Positions 39,222-47,636 of a stretch of DNA of 64,000 nt are shown here, piece after piece. A program made the translations under genes and the position numbers. Each line of letters begins with the position of its first letter. Positions within the stretch are counted from its first letter, which is position 1. The DNA is taken from NCBI GenBank assembly GCA_963786105.1, contig CAWAXX010000003.1:1-64000 (forward strand), in the 5' to 3' direction. The notes below the pieces were generated by a model. The model saw only the letters and a program-made list of their open reading frames with translations, was not told the origin of the DNA and made no database searches. Origin of the DNA: Vulcanimicrobiota bacterium. Lineage in GTDB: Bacteria > Vulcanimicrobiota > Vulcanimicrobiia > Vulcanimicrobiales > Vulcanimicrobiaceae.

Positions 39222-40081
39222 AACGCGCGCTCTTCCTCGCCGGCGCCGCCTCGGCCGTACTATGGCCGCGTGAAGCCCCCGCGAGTACTTTGAATGCCGC
39301 CGTGGCCGCGGCGGCCAGGAACGCGTCGGGAACGATCGGCGTGTTCGCGCGCACGCTCTCACCGGGAGACCCGCTGGTCGCGTACCGGGCGTTCGAACTC
39401 TTTCCGACCGCATCGATCATCAAAGTGCTCGTAATGGCGACCGCCTACGCCATGGACGAGATCTCGCCGGGCACGCTCGCACACGAAATCGTCTTCGATC
39501 GCAGCAGCGACCTGATCGGCGGCTCCGACTTCATGACCACCCAAAAGAATGGGAAACGCTTCACGGTCAAGCAGTTGATCGTGCCGATGATTCAGGTCAG
39601 CGACAACACCGCGGCAAACATGTTGATCGGGTACTTCGGAACCGGCACCATCAACGGCGTCGGCGCGCAGGCGGGTCTCTCCCGAACGCATCTCGGCCGA
39701 AAGTTCCTCGACGTCGGGGCGATCGTGCGTCATCACGACAACGTCTCTACGCCTGCCGACATGGGGCGCCTTCTCTACCTTATCGAACGCGGCGCGCACG
39801 AAGGCATCGCAACCATCGCGTCGGCGCCCCACTGCCGCTCGATGGTGAAGATCATGCTCGGACAGACCGATCGCGACGGGATTCCCCAGGCTCTACCGCC
39901 GAGAACGCCGATCGCCAATAAGACTGGTGAACTCACAGGAACGCGCAACGACGTCGCTATCGTCAATCCGTTCGGCGAAACGCCGCTGATTCTCGCAATC
40001 ATGACCCGTGACGTCACCGACTACCGTTCCGCGTATGCCGCCATTCATGCGGTTGCGCACGCAACCTATCGCTCAGCCTGA
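39218..40081 (+). CDS. Exported class A beta-lactamase-like serine hydrolase
   Basis: GTGA overlap; ASIIK, SDN, KTG motifs. Confidence 0.88.
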   Translation: MKRALFLAGAASAVLWPREAPASTLNAAVAAAARNASGTIGVFARTLSPGDPLVAYRAFELFPTASIIKVLVMATAYAMDEISPGTLAHEIVFDRSSDLIGGSDFMTTQKNGKRFTVKQLIVPMIQVSDNTAANMLIGYFGTGTINGVGAQAGLSRTHLGRKFLDVGAIVRHHDNVSTPADMGRLLYLIERGAHEGIATIASAPHCRSMVKIMLGQTDRDGIPQALPPRTPIANKTGELTGTRNDVAIVNPFGETPLILAIMTRDVTDYRSAYAAIHAVAHATYRSA

Positions 40082-40576
40082 CGCCGTCGCGGCCTCTTCC
40101 ACGGTGAGCTTCTGCATCGTGTCACCGCGGCGCAGCGCATCGAGTGCTTCGAACCCATCGGTCATCGTGCCGAACACGGTATACTGACCGTCGAGAAACC
40201 GCGCGTCGGCCAAGCAGAGATAGAACTGCGAGCCGGCGCTGTCGGGATTAGAGGAGCGCGCCATCGCAAGCGTACCGCGCTGGTGCGGGCGCTCGTTGAA
40301 CTCGGCGGCGAGGGTGTAGCCGGGACCGCCGGTGCCGTTGCCGGTCGGATCGCCTCCCTGCACGACGAATCCCGGCTCCACGCGATGGAAGATCAAGCCG
40401 TCGTAAAAGCCGGCCTTCACCAGCTTCAGGAAAGCCGCAACGTGCGTCGGCGCGTCGTCGGGAAAGAGCTTCACCACGATCTCGCCGCGGTCGGTAACGA
40501 TACGCACCTGCGAACGGCGCGCTTCGTCGATAAAATCGGAAAGCTCGTCGGGCTGGGGCGGGCGGTGTGCGTACAT
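40073..40576 (-). CDS. Cyclophilin-type peptidyl-prolyl isomerase
   Basis: FHRVEPGFVVQGGDPTGNGTGGPGY, LAMAR, GSQFY, YTVFG; GAGGA upstream of ATG 40576. Confidence 0.92.
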   Translation of the reverse strand: MYAHRPPQPDELSDFIDEARRSQVRIVTDRGEIVVKLFPDDAPTHVAAFLKLVKAGFYDGLIFHRVEPGFVVQGGDPTGNGTGGPGYTLAAEFNERPHQRGTLAMARSSNPDSAGSQFYLCLADARFLDGQYTVFGTMTDGFEALDALRRGDTMQKLTVEEAATASG

Positions 40577-40927
40577 TGGCGGCGATTCCTCTTGCGTTTG
40601 GCCTGCGCGGATGTGCGGGGCCTTGCGCAACGGGCACCCGAAAGCCTCGTCCGTTTCGAGCAAAGCGGTCTTCGCGCCGCGGGTCAAGCGCTTGAACCGA
40701 GCTTCGTGCGAGCGGGCCTCGCCGTACGACGCCGGGTGCCACCACGCGACCAGCGCGACAGGCAGCCGGCCACGCGTATACTTGGCCCCGGTGCCCCGCC
40801 GATGCTTGGCTAATCGGCGGCCCAAATCGGTGGTTGCGCCCGCATACAGCGAACCGTCGCCGCAGCGTAAAACGTAGACGGATGGCTCGGCCGAGGGTTG
40901 ACCGCGGTGCTCTTGCGGTAGAATCAG
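40577..40927 (-). CDS. GIY-YIG nuclease (UPF0213/YhbQ-like), in frame with the cyclophilin
   Basis: VYVLRCGDGSLYAGATTDLGRRLAKH..GAKYTRGRLP; no stop before PPIase; only CTG/ATT behind GGAGG as start. Confidence 0.65.
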
Positions 40928-40938
40928 GACGGCCTCCC

Positions 40939-41424
40939 ATGAAAAACAACCGTGACGACCGGGGCCGAAAAGACGCCCGGCCCTTCAATTTGCACCTGCG
41001 GCTGCCTCCCCTGCCGCGTTCCGCCCGCACCGGGCGCGAGGCGCTGGCGGCGCTTGCATCCTATCATGACGTGGCGTCGATCGACGTCGAAGGATTGATG
41101 TTTGCGTTGGGCGAGGCCCTCGCGAATGCGATCGAGCATGCCGGCAGCGACGCCGAGATCGAAGTCTCGCTTACGATCGACGAGCGCACGATCGTTGCCA
41201 CCGTACGCGATCGCGGCCGAGGTTTCGTCGACACGCCGAAGCACGTGCAGCCGTTTCCCGCGCTGCACGCCGAAGGGGGGCGCGGTTTTCCGATCATGCA
41301 GCGCTGCACGGACTTTTTCGAAGTGCGCTCGTTCCCTGGCGACGGAACGGTGGTGACGTTGGGCCGGCGCCGCCGCGACGCGTTCGAAAAGTCCTCGATG
41401 GGGGGCTTTAGCCGGCGACGGTAA
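40939..41424 (+). CDS. Histidine-kinase-like ATPase (RsbW/anti-sigma-like)
   Basis: EALANAIEH, DRGRGF, GRGFPIM, GTVV. Confidence 0.85.
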   Translation: MKNNRDDRGRKDARPFNLHLRLPPLPRSARTGREALAALASYHDVASIDVEGLMFALGEALANAIEHAGSDAEIEVSLTIDERTIVATVRDRGRGFVDTPKHVQPFPALHAEGGRGFPIMQRCTDFFEVRSFPGDGTVVTLGRRRRDAFEKSSMGGFSRRR

Positions 41425-41436
41425 AAAGTCGCCTGG

Positions 41437-42801
41437 ATGAAGTCTGGCCGTTACCTTCGCCTTGCGAGCGCGGCACTGTGCGCCGTCGTTTCGATCGGTG
41501 CGAGGCCCCCGCAGAACGACACGCTTCCTCCCGTTTCTACCGACCCGGCGATCGCGGCGCTGGTCGCAGCGGTGAGCGCCGAGCGTTTGAAGAGCACCGA
41601 CGAAGCGCTGGTAGCCTTCGGCACACGTAACGATTTTTCGGAAACGACCTCGACGGCGACGCACGGCGTCTTTGCGGCACGCGATTGGATTGCAGCGCAG
41701 TTTCGTACGATCGCGGCCACAACCGGCGGTCGCATGAACGTCACCCTCGATACCTACCTCCAAGCGAAAACGCAGCGCACGCCACGGGCAGTAACGGAAT
41801 CGAGCGTCATCGCGACGCTGCAAGGCAGCGAATCGGGCCGCACCTACGTGATGTCGAGCCATTTCGACGACTGTCACGGACACTGCACCGACGGCACGGG
41901 CGTGGCTCCGGGCGCCGACGACAACGGCTCCGGCGTCGCGGCCGTCCTCGAGGCGGCACGCGTAATGGCGACGACGCAATTCCGCGGCACCATCGTCTTT
42001 GCGTGCTTCGACGGTGAGGAGCTCGGGCTGTGGGGCTCCGACCATTTTGCCCGCGAGCAAGCGGCTGCACGTACGCCGATCTTGGCCGTGCTCAATAACG
42101 ACATCATCGGCAATTCGGTCGGCGGCGACGGATCGAGCGAGCCAAACGTCATCCGCGCGTTTAGCGAGGGGTTGCCCGTCAGGTCTTCGATCGACCGCAT
42201 CAACCTCGTTGGTTCGGAGAACGACTCTCCCTCGCGCGAGCTATCGCGGTTCGTCGACGAAGTGGTGCCGGCGTACGTTGCGAATTTCACGGTGCGCCAA
42301 ATCTTTCGCGCCGACCGGTTTCTGCGCGGCGGCGACCAGGAATCGTTCCAGGCCGCCGGTTATTCGGCGGCGATCCGTTTCGTCGAACCGCACGAAAACT
42401 TCGCTCACCAGCATCAGGACGTCCGCGTCGAGGACGGCGTGCAGTACGGCGATTTGCCCCAGTACATCGACGCAGCGTATCTCGCTCGCGCGACACAGGC
42501 CAACGTCGCCGCGCTGGCGGTGCTAGCGCTCGGTCCGGCCGCTCCCGCCGGCGTGCAACTCGTCGCCAAACATCTCGGCTACGATACGGCCCTGCGCTGG
42601 AATCCCGCGGCGGACGCCGCATCGTACGAAGTCGTGTGGCGCGCCACCGACGCCCCGCAGTGGCAGTACGCCCGCAACGTCGGCAACGTGACCCAAGCAA
42701 CGGTGCCGGCGAGCAAGGACGACTTCGTGTTGGGGGTCCGCAGCGTCGATTCGAACGGGCTGCGCAGTCCCGCAGTCTACCCGGTCACGGTCCGCGAGTA
42801 G
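41437..42801 (+). CDS. M28 family exported metallopeptidase
   Basis: SHFD, GADDNGSG, GEELGLWGS, NNDIIG. Confidence 0.9.
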   Translation: MKSGRYLRLASAALCAVVSIGARPPQNDTLPPVSTDPAIAALVAAVSAERLKSTDEALVAFGTRNDFSETTSTATHGVFAARDWIAAQFRTIAATTGGRMNVTLDTYLQAKTQRTPRAVTESSVIATLQGSESGRTYVMSSHFDDCHGHCTDGTGVAPGADDNGSGVAAVLEAARVMATTQFRGTIVFACFDGEELGLWGSDHFAREQAAARTPILAVLNNDIIGNSVGGDGSSEPNVIRAFSEGLPVRSSIDRINLVGSENDSPSRELSRFVDEVVPAYVANFTVRQIFRADRFLRGGDQESFQAAGYSAAIRFVEPHENFAHQHQDVRVEDGVQYGDLPQYIDAAYLARATQANVAALAVLALGPAAPAGVQLVAKHLGYDTALRWNPAADAASYEVVWRATDAPQWQYARNVGNVTQATVPASKDDFVLGVRSVDSNGLRSPAVYPVTVRE

Positions 42802-42873
42802 CGAGCGCTTCAGGGTTTCTTCACCTGCGATTCGTAGAGTCGTAACAGCACGACCCGACGGAGGAGGCCCGAA

Positions 42874-43146
42874 ATGAGCTACCCGAACCGTAAGTCTTTT
42901 CTCGAGAGCGTCATCGTCTTGCCCGCCCTCGCAGGCTTGGTCACTGCGGCCGCTTCGGCCGATGCCGCGAAGAGCTCGCAGGCATCGATGCACTACCAGT
43001 CGACGCCGTCCGACGGCAAGCAATGCTCCGGCTGCAACTTCTTCATTCCGGGCAGCAGCGCTTCCGCAAGCGGCACCTGCAAGATCGTCGACGGGTCCAT
43101 TGCGCCGACCGGCTACTGCATCGCGTACAACGCAAAAGGGTCCTAG
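42874..43146 (+). CDS. High-potential iron-sulfur protein (HiPIP)
   Basis: Tat-like leader; YQ..CSGCNFF..CKIVDGSI..GYC four-Cys pattern; strong SD. Confidence 0.88.
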   Translation: MSYPNRKSFLESVIVLPALAGLVTAAASADAAKSSQASMHYQSTPSDGKQCSGCNFFIPGSSASASGTCKIVDGSIAPTGYCIAYNAKGS

Positions 43147-43162
43147 CGCCCATAGAGTACCG

Positions 43163-44464
43163 CTAAAGGGTCGTAAATCTCAAGCTCTCGTCGATTGCAG
43201 CGATCGTTTCGTCGATGTCCGCATGGGTGTGCGCGGTAGAGACGAACATTACTTCGTTTTGCGACGGCGGCAAGAGAATACCTCGTTCGAGCATGGCGTG
43301 ATGGTACTCGGCGTACGCACGCGTGTCGGCGGCTAACGCGTCGTCAAAGTTGCGGCTGGGCGGACCGGTGCGAAACTTGAAGTCGACGACCGATTCGTTC
43401 TGCACGACGGTAAACGGTAGGCCGCGCCGTGCGAACGCGCCGCGAATTCCCTCGGCTAAACGCCGAGCCGTTTCGCGCATTTGCGAATAGTACTCCGGAA
43501 ACGTTTCGAGCAGATCCAAAACGCGGTGCGCCATGGCAACGGAGAACGGGTTGCCGCCGTGCGTGCCGCCGGTGAACGCATGCCCGGCCGGTGCGAGGAC
43601 CGACATCGCGTCTTCACGTCCGCCGAACGCGGCGATCGGTGCGCCGCCGCCCATGATTTTGCCGAGGGTGGTGAGATCTGGGGCGACGCCGACGCGTCCT
43701 TGCGCCCCGTCGAGACCGAAGCGCAACCACGTAATGACTTCGTCGAAAATCAACAGCGCACCGAACCGCGTCGCGCGCTCGCGCAACCCCTCGAGGAAGC
43801 CCGGTACGGGCGCTACGTATCCCATGTTGCCCGCGAACGGTTCGACGACGATGGCCGCAAGCTCGTTTTGACGCCCGCGCAAAAGCTCGTCGACGTTCGC
43901 CAAGTCGTTGTAACGAGCGACGACGACGTCGCGCACGACATTGTCGGGAATTCCGGCATCGCGCGCAACCCGGGTGTGTGCCGAGGCGCCCGCGTCGAGC
44001 AACGCGAGGTCGAAGTGGCCGTGATAGTTGCCGGCAAACTTGAGAATGACGCTGCGGCGCGTCGACGCGCGAGCGACGCGGATGGCGCTCATCACCGCTT
44101 CCGTACCGGTGGTAACGAAACGCAGTCGCTGCATCGATGGAACGTGCGCGCGAATGCGTTCGGCTAGGCGGATCTCTTCGGGATGCGTATTTCCCCAGAC
44201 GAAGCCGCTTTGCGCGAGCTCGTCGAGCCGCGTCGTCAAAGCCGCGTGCGTGTGGCCGAATAGCAGCGGGCCATACGCCATCACGTAGTCGATGAAACGG
44301 CGGCCGGACTCGTCGAACGCGTATGCACCGGCGGCCGAAGCCTGCACGAACATCGGTCCTCCGACCGACCATCCCGATCGAACCGGCGAATCGCACCCTC
44401 CGGCGAGGACCGCACGAGCGCGGTCCGCGGTGCCGGCGGTACTAGAGACGATCGATTCGCGCAC
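43163..44464 (-). CDS. hemL: Glutamate-1-semialdehyde 2,1-aminomutase
   Basis: DSPVR, GTEAVMSAIR, YHGH, FDEVIT, LGKIMGGG, PSQNE. Confidence 0.88.
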   Translation of the reverse strand: MRESIVSSTAGTADRARAVLAGGCDSPVRSGWSVGGPMFVQASAAGAYAFDESGRRFIDYVMAYGPLLFGHTHAALTTRLDELAQSGFVWGNTHPEEIRLAERIRAHVPSMQRLRFVTTGTEAVMSAIRVARASTRRSVILKFAGNYHGHFDLALLDAGASAHTRVARDAGIPDNVVRDVVVARYNDLANVDELLRGRQNELAAIVVEPFAGNMGYVAPVPGFLEGLRERATRFGALLIFDEVITWLRFGLDGAQGRVGVAPDLTTLGKIMGGGAPIAAFGGREDAMSVLAPAGHAFTGGTHGGNPFSVAMAHRVLDLLETFPEYYSQMRETARRLAEGIRGAFARRGLPFTVVQNESVVDFKFRTGPPSRNFDDALAADTRAYAEYHHAMLERGILLPPSQNEVMFVSTAHTHADIDETIAAIDESLRFTTL

Positions 44465-45071
44465 GGAGAATCCGCAGAGCCTCGCTGACGTTCAAAGGTA
44501 ACGGCTGTGCGCCGTCGGCAAGGGCTCGTAGGTTTCCGGCCCACGACGGTTGCCCCTTTGACGGCTCGGGCGGCCGCACGGCGAAGCGCGGCCTGTTGGC
44601 TTCGCGCGCGAAACGCATGGTGTGCATGGCGCCGCCGCCGGTTTCACTCGCAACGAGAACGACGGCGACGGCGTACTCCACCTGAAGGCGATCGCGTTCG
44701 ACGAGGGATCGCTCGGTGACGCACTCGCCGGGCGCGCGCAGGGTAGCGATCGCCCCGCCCTTTTGCTCGATCTCGCGTTCGAGTTCGGCGTTCTCGGGTG
44801 GAAACGTTTGCCCGAAACCGTAGCCGACGAAGGCCACCGTCGGGTTTCCGCCGGCGAGCGCTCCGCGATGGGCTGCGGTATCGATGCCCGAGGCAAGACC
44901 GGCGATCACCGGGCTCCCGGCGTCGCGCGCCAAACCAAATGCGAAGTCGGTTGCCTCCGGCGGCGGCGTACGGCTGCCGACTATGGCGATGCCGCCCTGC
45001 GGTATTGTGCCTCTCACGTAAAGATGTCGCATGCTGTACGAAGATGGTTCGACGGATTCGGGGTGATGCAT
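44442..45071 (-). CDS. DprA/Smf-like Rossmann-fold protein (minimal)
   Basis: IAIVGSR, GLASGIDTAAHRGAL, GGAMHT. Confidence 0.8.
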   Translation of the reverse strand: MHHPESVEPSSYSMRHLYVRGTIPQGGIAIVGSRTPPPEATDFAFGLARDAGSPVIAGLASGIDTAAHRGALAGGNPTVAFVGYGFGQTFPPENAELEREIEQKGGAIATLRAPGECVTERSLVERDRLQVEYAVAVVLVASETGGGAMHTMRFAREANRPRFAVRPPEPSKGQPSWAGNLRALADGAQPLPLNVSEALRILRARIDRL

Positions 45072-45095
45072 GGCAGACGCGTCGAAGAGCGCAGC

Positions 45096-46187
45096 ATGCC
45101 TCACATCGACCTCGAGATTACGCCCGATACGAATATTCGCGAACTGGTAGCGCAGCTGCCGGTCGCCGGGCAAGTGATGGAGGCCTTCGGCTTAGGATGC
45201 AGCGGCTGCGGCGTTAGCCGGTCGGAGACCATCGAACAGGGCGCGCGCGCACACGGGTTGCGAGTCGAGCCGATCATCGCCGCGTTGACGCAGGCGCGAT
45301 TGTCGGGATTCGTCCCGTTGATTTCCAACGAAGACCGGCGGACTTCGCGGCGCGCTCCCGGGGCGTTTCGCGGGCGCGCGAAGATCGCTCACGTGGTGGC
45401 GATCATGTCGGGCAAAGGTGGAGTCGGAAAATCCCTGGTTACGGCCCTGATCGCCCTCGGACTACGGCGGCAACATTTGCGCGTCGGGATTCTCGACGCC
45501 GACATCACCGGACCATCGATTCCCAAGCTGTTCGGATTGCGAACGCCGTTGACGATCGAGGCCGATCCGAATGCCAAGACGCCGCAAGGGCATCCACAGC
45601 CGCTGATGGTCCCGGCCGTCACCCGCTCGGCAATCGAAGTCGTGAGTTCGAACCTCCTGACCGATAAAGAGGATACGGCGATGATTTGGCGCGGGCCGAT
45701 TCTCACCGGCGTCATCCGGCAGTTCTTCGAGCAAGTGCTATGGAGCGATCTCGACTTCTTGCTGATCGATCTTCCGCCGGGAACCTCGGATGCGCCGTTG
45801 ACCGTGTTGCAGTCGCTGTCGATCGACGGCGTCGTGCTCGTCACGATGCCCCAAGCGCTGGCCACCATGATCGTGCGCAAGGCGGCAAACCTCGTCCATC
45901 AATTGAAGAAACCCGTGCTGGGCGTGGTCGAAAACATGTCGTTCTTCGTCGCTCCCGACACCGGCACGACGTACGAGATCTTCGGTCCCTCGTATGCCGA
46001 TCGCGTCGCCGAACTGGCAAACGCGCCCGTGCTCGCGCGCATTCCGATCGATCCGTCGAAGGCGCTCCTGGCCGATGAAGGACGCGTCGAAGAAATCGAC
46101 GATCCGGTGTGCGACCAGCTCGCCGCGGGACTCCTATCGGCGATCGAGGCGCACCCCAAACCAAAAGAAACCATTTCAATCATTTAG
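45096..46187 (+). CDS. Mrp/NBP35 (ApbC-like) ATPase with N-terminal DUF1858-like domain
   Basis: GLGCSGC..ETIEQGARAHG; SGKGGVGKS, DADITGPS, WRGP, DLPPGTSD, ENMS. Confidence 0.9.
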   Translation: MPHIDLEITPDTNIRELVAQLPVAGQVMEAFGLGCSGCGVSRSETIEQGARAHGLRVEPIIAALTQARLSGFVPLISNEDRRTSRRAPGAFRGRAKIAHVVAIMSGKGGVGKSLVTALIALGLRRQHLRVGILDADITGPSIPKLFGLRTPLTIEADPNAKTPQGHPQPLMVPAVTRSAIEVVSSNLLTDKEDTAMIWRGPILTGVIRQFFEQVLWSDLDFLLIDLPPGTSDAPLTVLQSLSIDGVVLVTMPQALATMIVRKAANLVHQLKKPVLGVVENMSFFVAPDTGTTYEIFGPSYADRVAELANAPVLARIPIDPSKALLADEGRVEEIDDPVCDQLAAGLLSAIEAHPKPKETISII

Positions 46188-46207
46188 CGAAGCGCGGATT
46201 CGCCTGT

Positions 46208-46239
46208 AAAAAAGGAGCGCGGCGATTGCCGCGCTCCTT
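46208..46239 (-). terminator. Intrinsic terminator (possibly bidirectional)
   Basis: aaggagcgcggc/gccgcgctcctt stem with A6 on + strand. Confidence 0.8.
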
Positions 46240-46260
46240 GCCGTTGTCGTCCGGCTTGGG

Positions 46261-47460
46261 TTAGAAAGCGCCGATGGCGTTGGGGGATCCCCAACCGGTG
46301 ACGCCGTCGTAGCCCGGGCCGGGCTGGCAGATATACAGATATTGCGACGGGCACGTTCCATTCTTTCCTCCACCGGTGATGTCGTTGAGGTTCGCACCAC
46401 TGGTAGACCAGAAGCCCGACGCAGCCTTTACCGAGCCATGGTTGCCGGCGAGCGCGAAGACCGACGCGATGATCGGCGACGCGACGCTCGTGCCGCCAAA
46501 TCCCGTGAAGCCGCCGTTATAGTACACAGCGACCGGGAAGGCGGGGTTGGCAATCGCCGATACGTCGGATTCCGAACGCATCGTGCAGCCGGTGTCGGTT
46601 TGCCAGGCCGGCTTTAGAACGAATGCGCTGCATCCGCTGCCGGCGCCGGTCCAGCTGACCTCGGTCCGCGGCGACACTTTGCTCAGCGTCGTTCCCCCAA
46701 CGCAGACCACCGTGCTCCACGAGCACGGTTGCTGCGGGCCGTACCCCCTGTCGCCGGAACTCGCGGTGATGACGACGTGTTTATGGTTGTAGTTCTTGTT
46801 CGCCGCCTCAAACTCACCGCCGCCGTAGGAGTTGCTAACCTGGCCGGCGCCCTGTTTGACGGCCTGGTTTACGGCAATCGCGAGGTTCTTAAAGCTGTTG
46901 TTCTTTGCTTCGACGAGGACGATGTGGCAGTTGGGGCAGATCGCCGAAACCATGTCGAGGTCGAGCGCCTGCTCCTGATCCCACCCTACGTTCTTCTTTG
47001 GATAGGTCGTGCCGCCGGTTTGGTCGACCTTCTTAAAGCACCCGTTCGCCGTCGTACAGGCCGACAAGCCGTAGTGCGAACGATAGGCGCTAAGGTCGCT
47101 TTCGGCGGTCGGGTAGCCGAAAGCGTCAGCGATTCCGACGGTTTGTCCGGTGCCCTTGGTCGCAGACGGCAGGTTATAGGCCGTCTGTAGGTCGCTCGGG
47201 CCATAGGCGCCGGCATCGGGTTTCATGCGATTGGGCGTCATGTCGGTGCGAACGTACGAAAAGCAGCGCGCATAGCCGAGTCGCTCGATCGTGCCGCAGA
47301 CGGCGCGCGCGCTCACGGTACCACTGTTGGGAGATACTGCTCCCATCGTTCCACCAGTGGTCCCGCTGGGTAAGGTTTGATTCATCGAGCCGCCGGAACA
47401 TGCGGCAAAGATCGCGGCGCTGGCTGCAATAGCAAACGCGCGAACGTACTGTCCGTTCAA
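46261..47460 (-). CDS. S53/S8-type serine peptidase lipoprotein
   Basis: Lipobox FAAC; EQALDLD, SSGD, GGTSVASP, GYDGVTGWGSP. Confidence 0.88.
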   Translation of the reverse strand: MNGQYVRAFAIAASAAIFAACSGGSMNQTLPSGTTGGTMGAVSPNSGTVSARAVCGTIERLGYARCFSYVRTDMTPNRMKPDAGAYGPSDLQTAYNLPSATKGTGQTVGIADAFGYPTAESDLSAYRSHYGLSACTTANGCFKKVDQTGGTTYPKKNVGWDQEQALDLDMVSAICPNCHIVLVEAKNNSFKNLAIAVNQAVKQGAGQVSNSYGGGEFEAANKNYNHKHVVITASSGDRGYGPQQPCSWSTVVCVGGTTLSKVSPRTEVSWTGAGSGCSAFVLKPAWQTDTGCTMRSESDVSAIANPAFPVAVYYNGGFTGFGGTSVASPIIASVFALAGNHGSVKAASGFWSTSGANLNDITGGGKNGTCPSQYLYICQPGPGYDGVTGWGSPNAIGAF

Positions 47461-47463
47461 GGA

Positions 47464-47526
47464 AGGAGCCTCCTCAGAATATAGAGAGTGTCAAGGGGTC
47501 GCCCTACTCTAACATTGGGGGCTCCT
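47464..47526 (-). promoter_or_regulatory. Leader hairpin sequestering the peptidase SD
   Basis: AGGAGCCCCC pairs with GGAGGCTCCT, plus two inner helices. Confidence 0.5.
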
Positions 47527-47636
47527 CATGGCGTAGGCAATTCCCCTCTAGATGCTTATCGCATCTACCGGGGCACGGGAGCCGAGGAAGGCAGACCGTC
47601 GAAGAGGGAGCACCGCGCACGAGGGAGCTTTGACTC

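Noticed and set aside
37787..40081. 764-aa ORF as a large fusion protein
   Set aside because: Only the part from GTG 39218 has motifs; the rest is antisense to alkA and out of frame over the permease
39218..40081. Beta-lactam resistance gene call
   Set aside because: SxxK/SDN/KTG present but no clear omega-loop ExxLN; activity cannot be inferred
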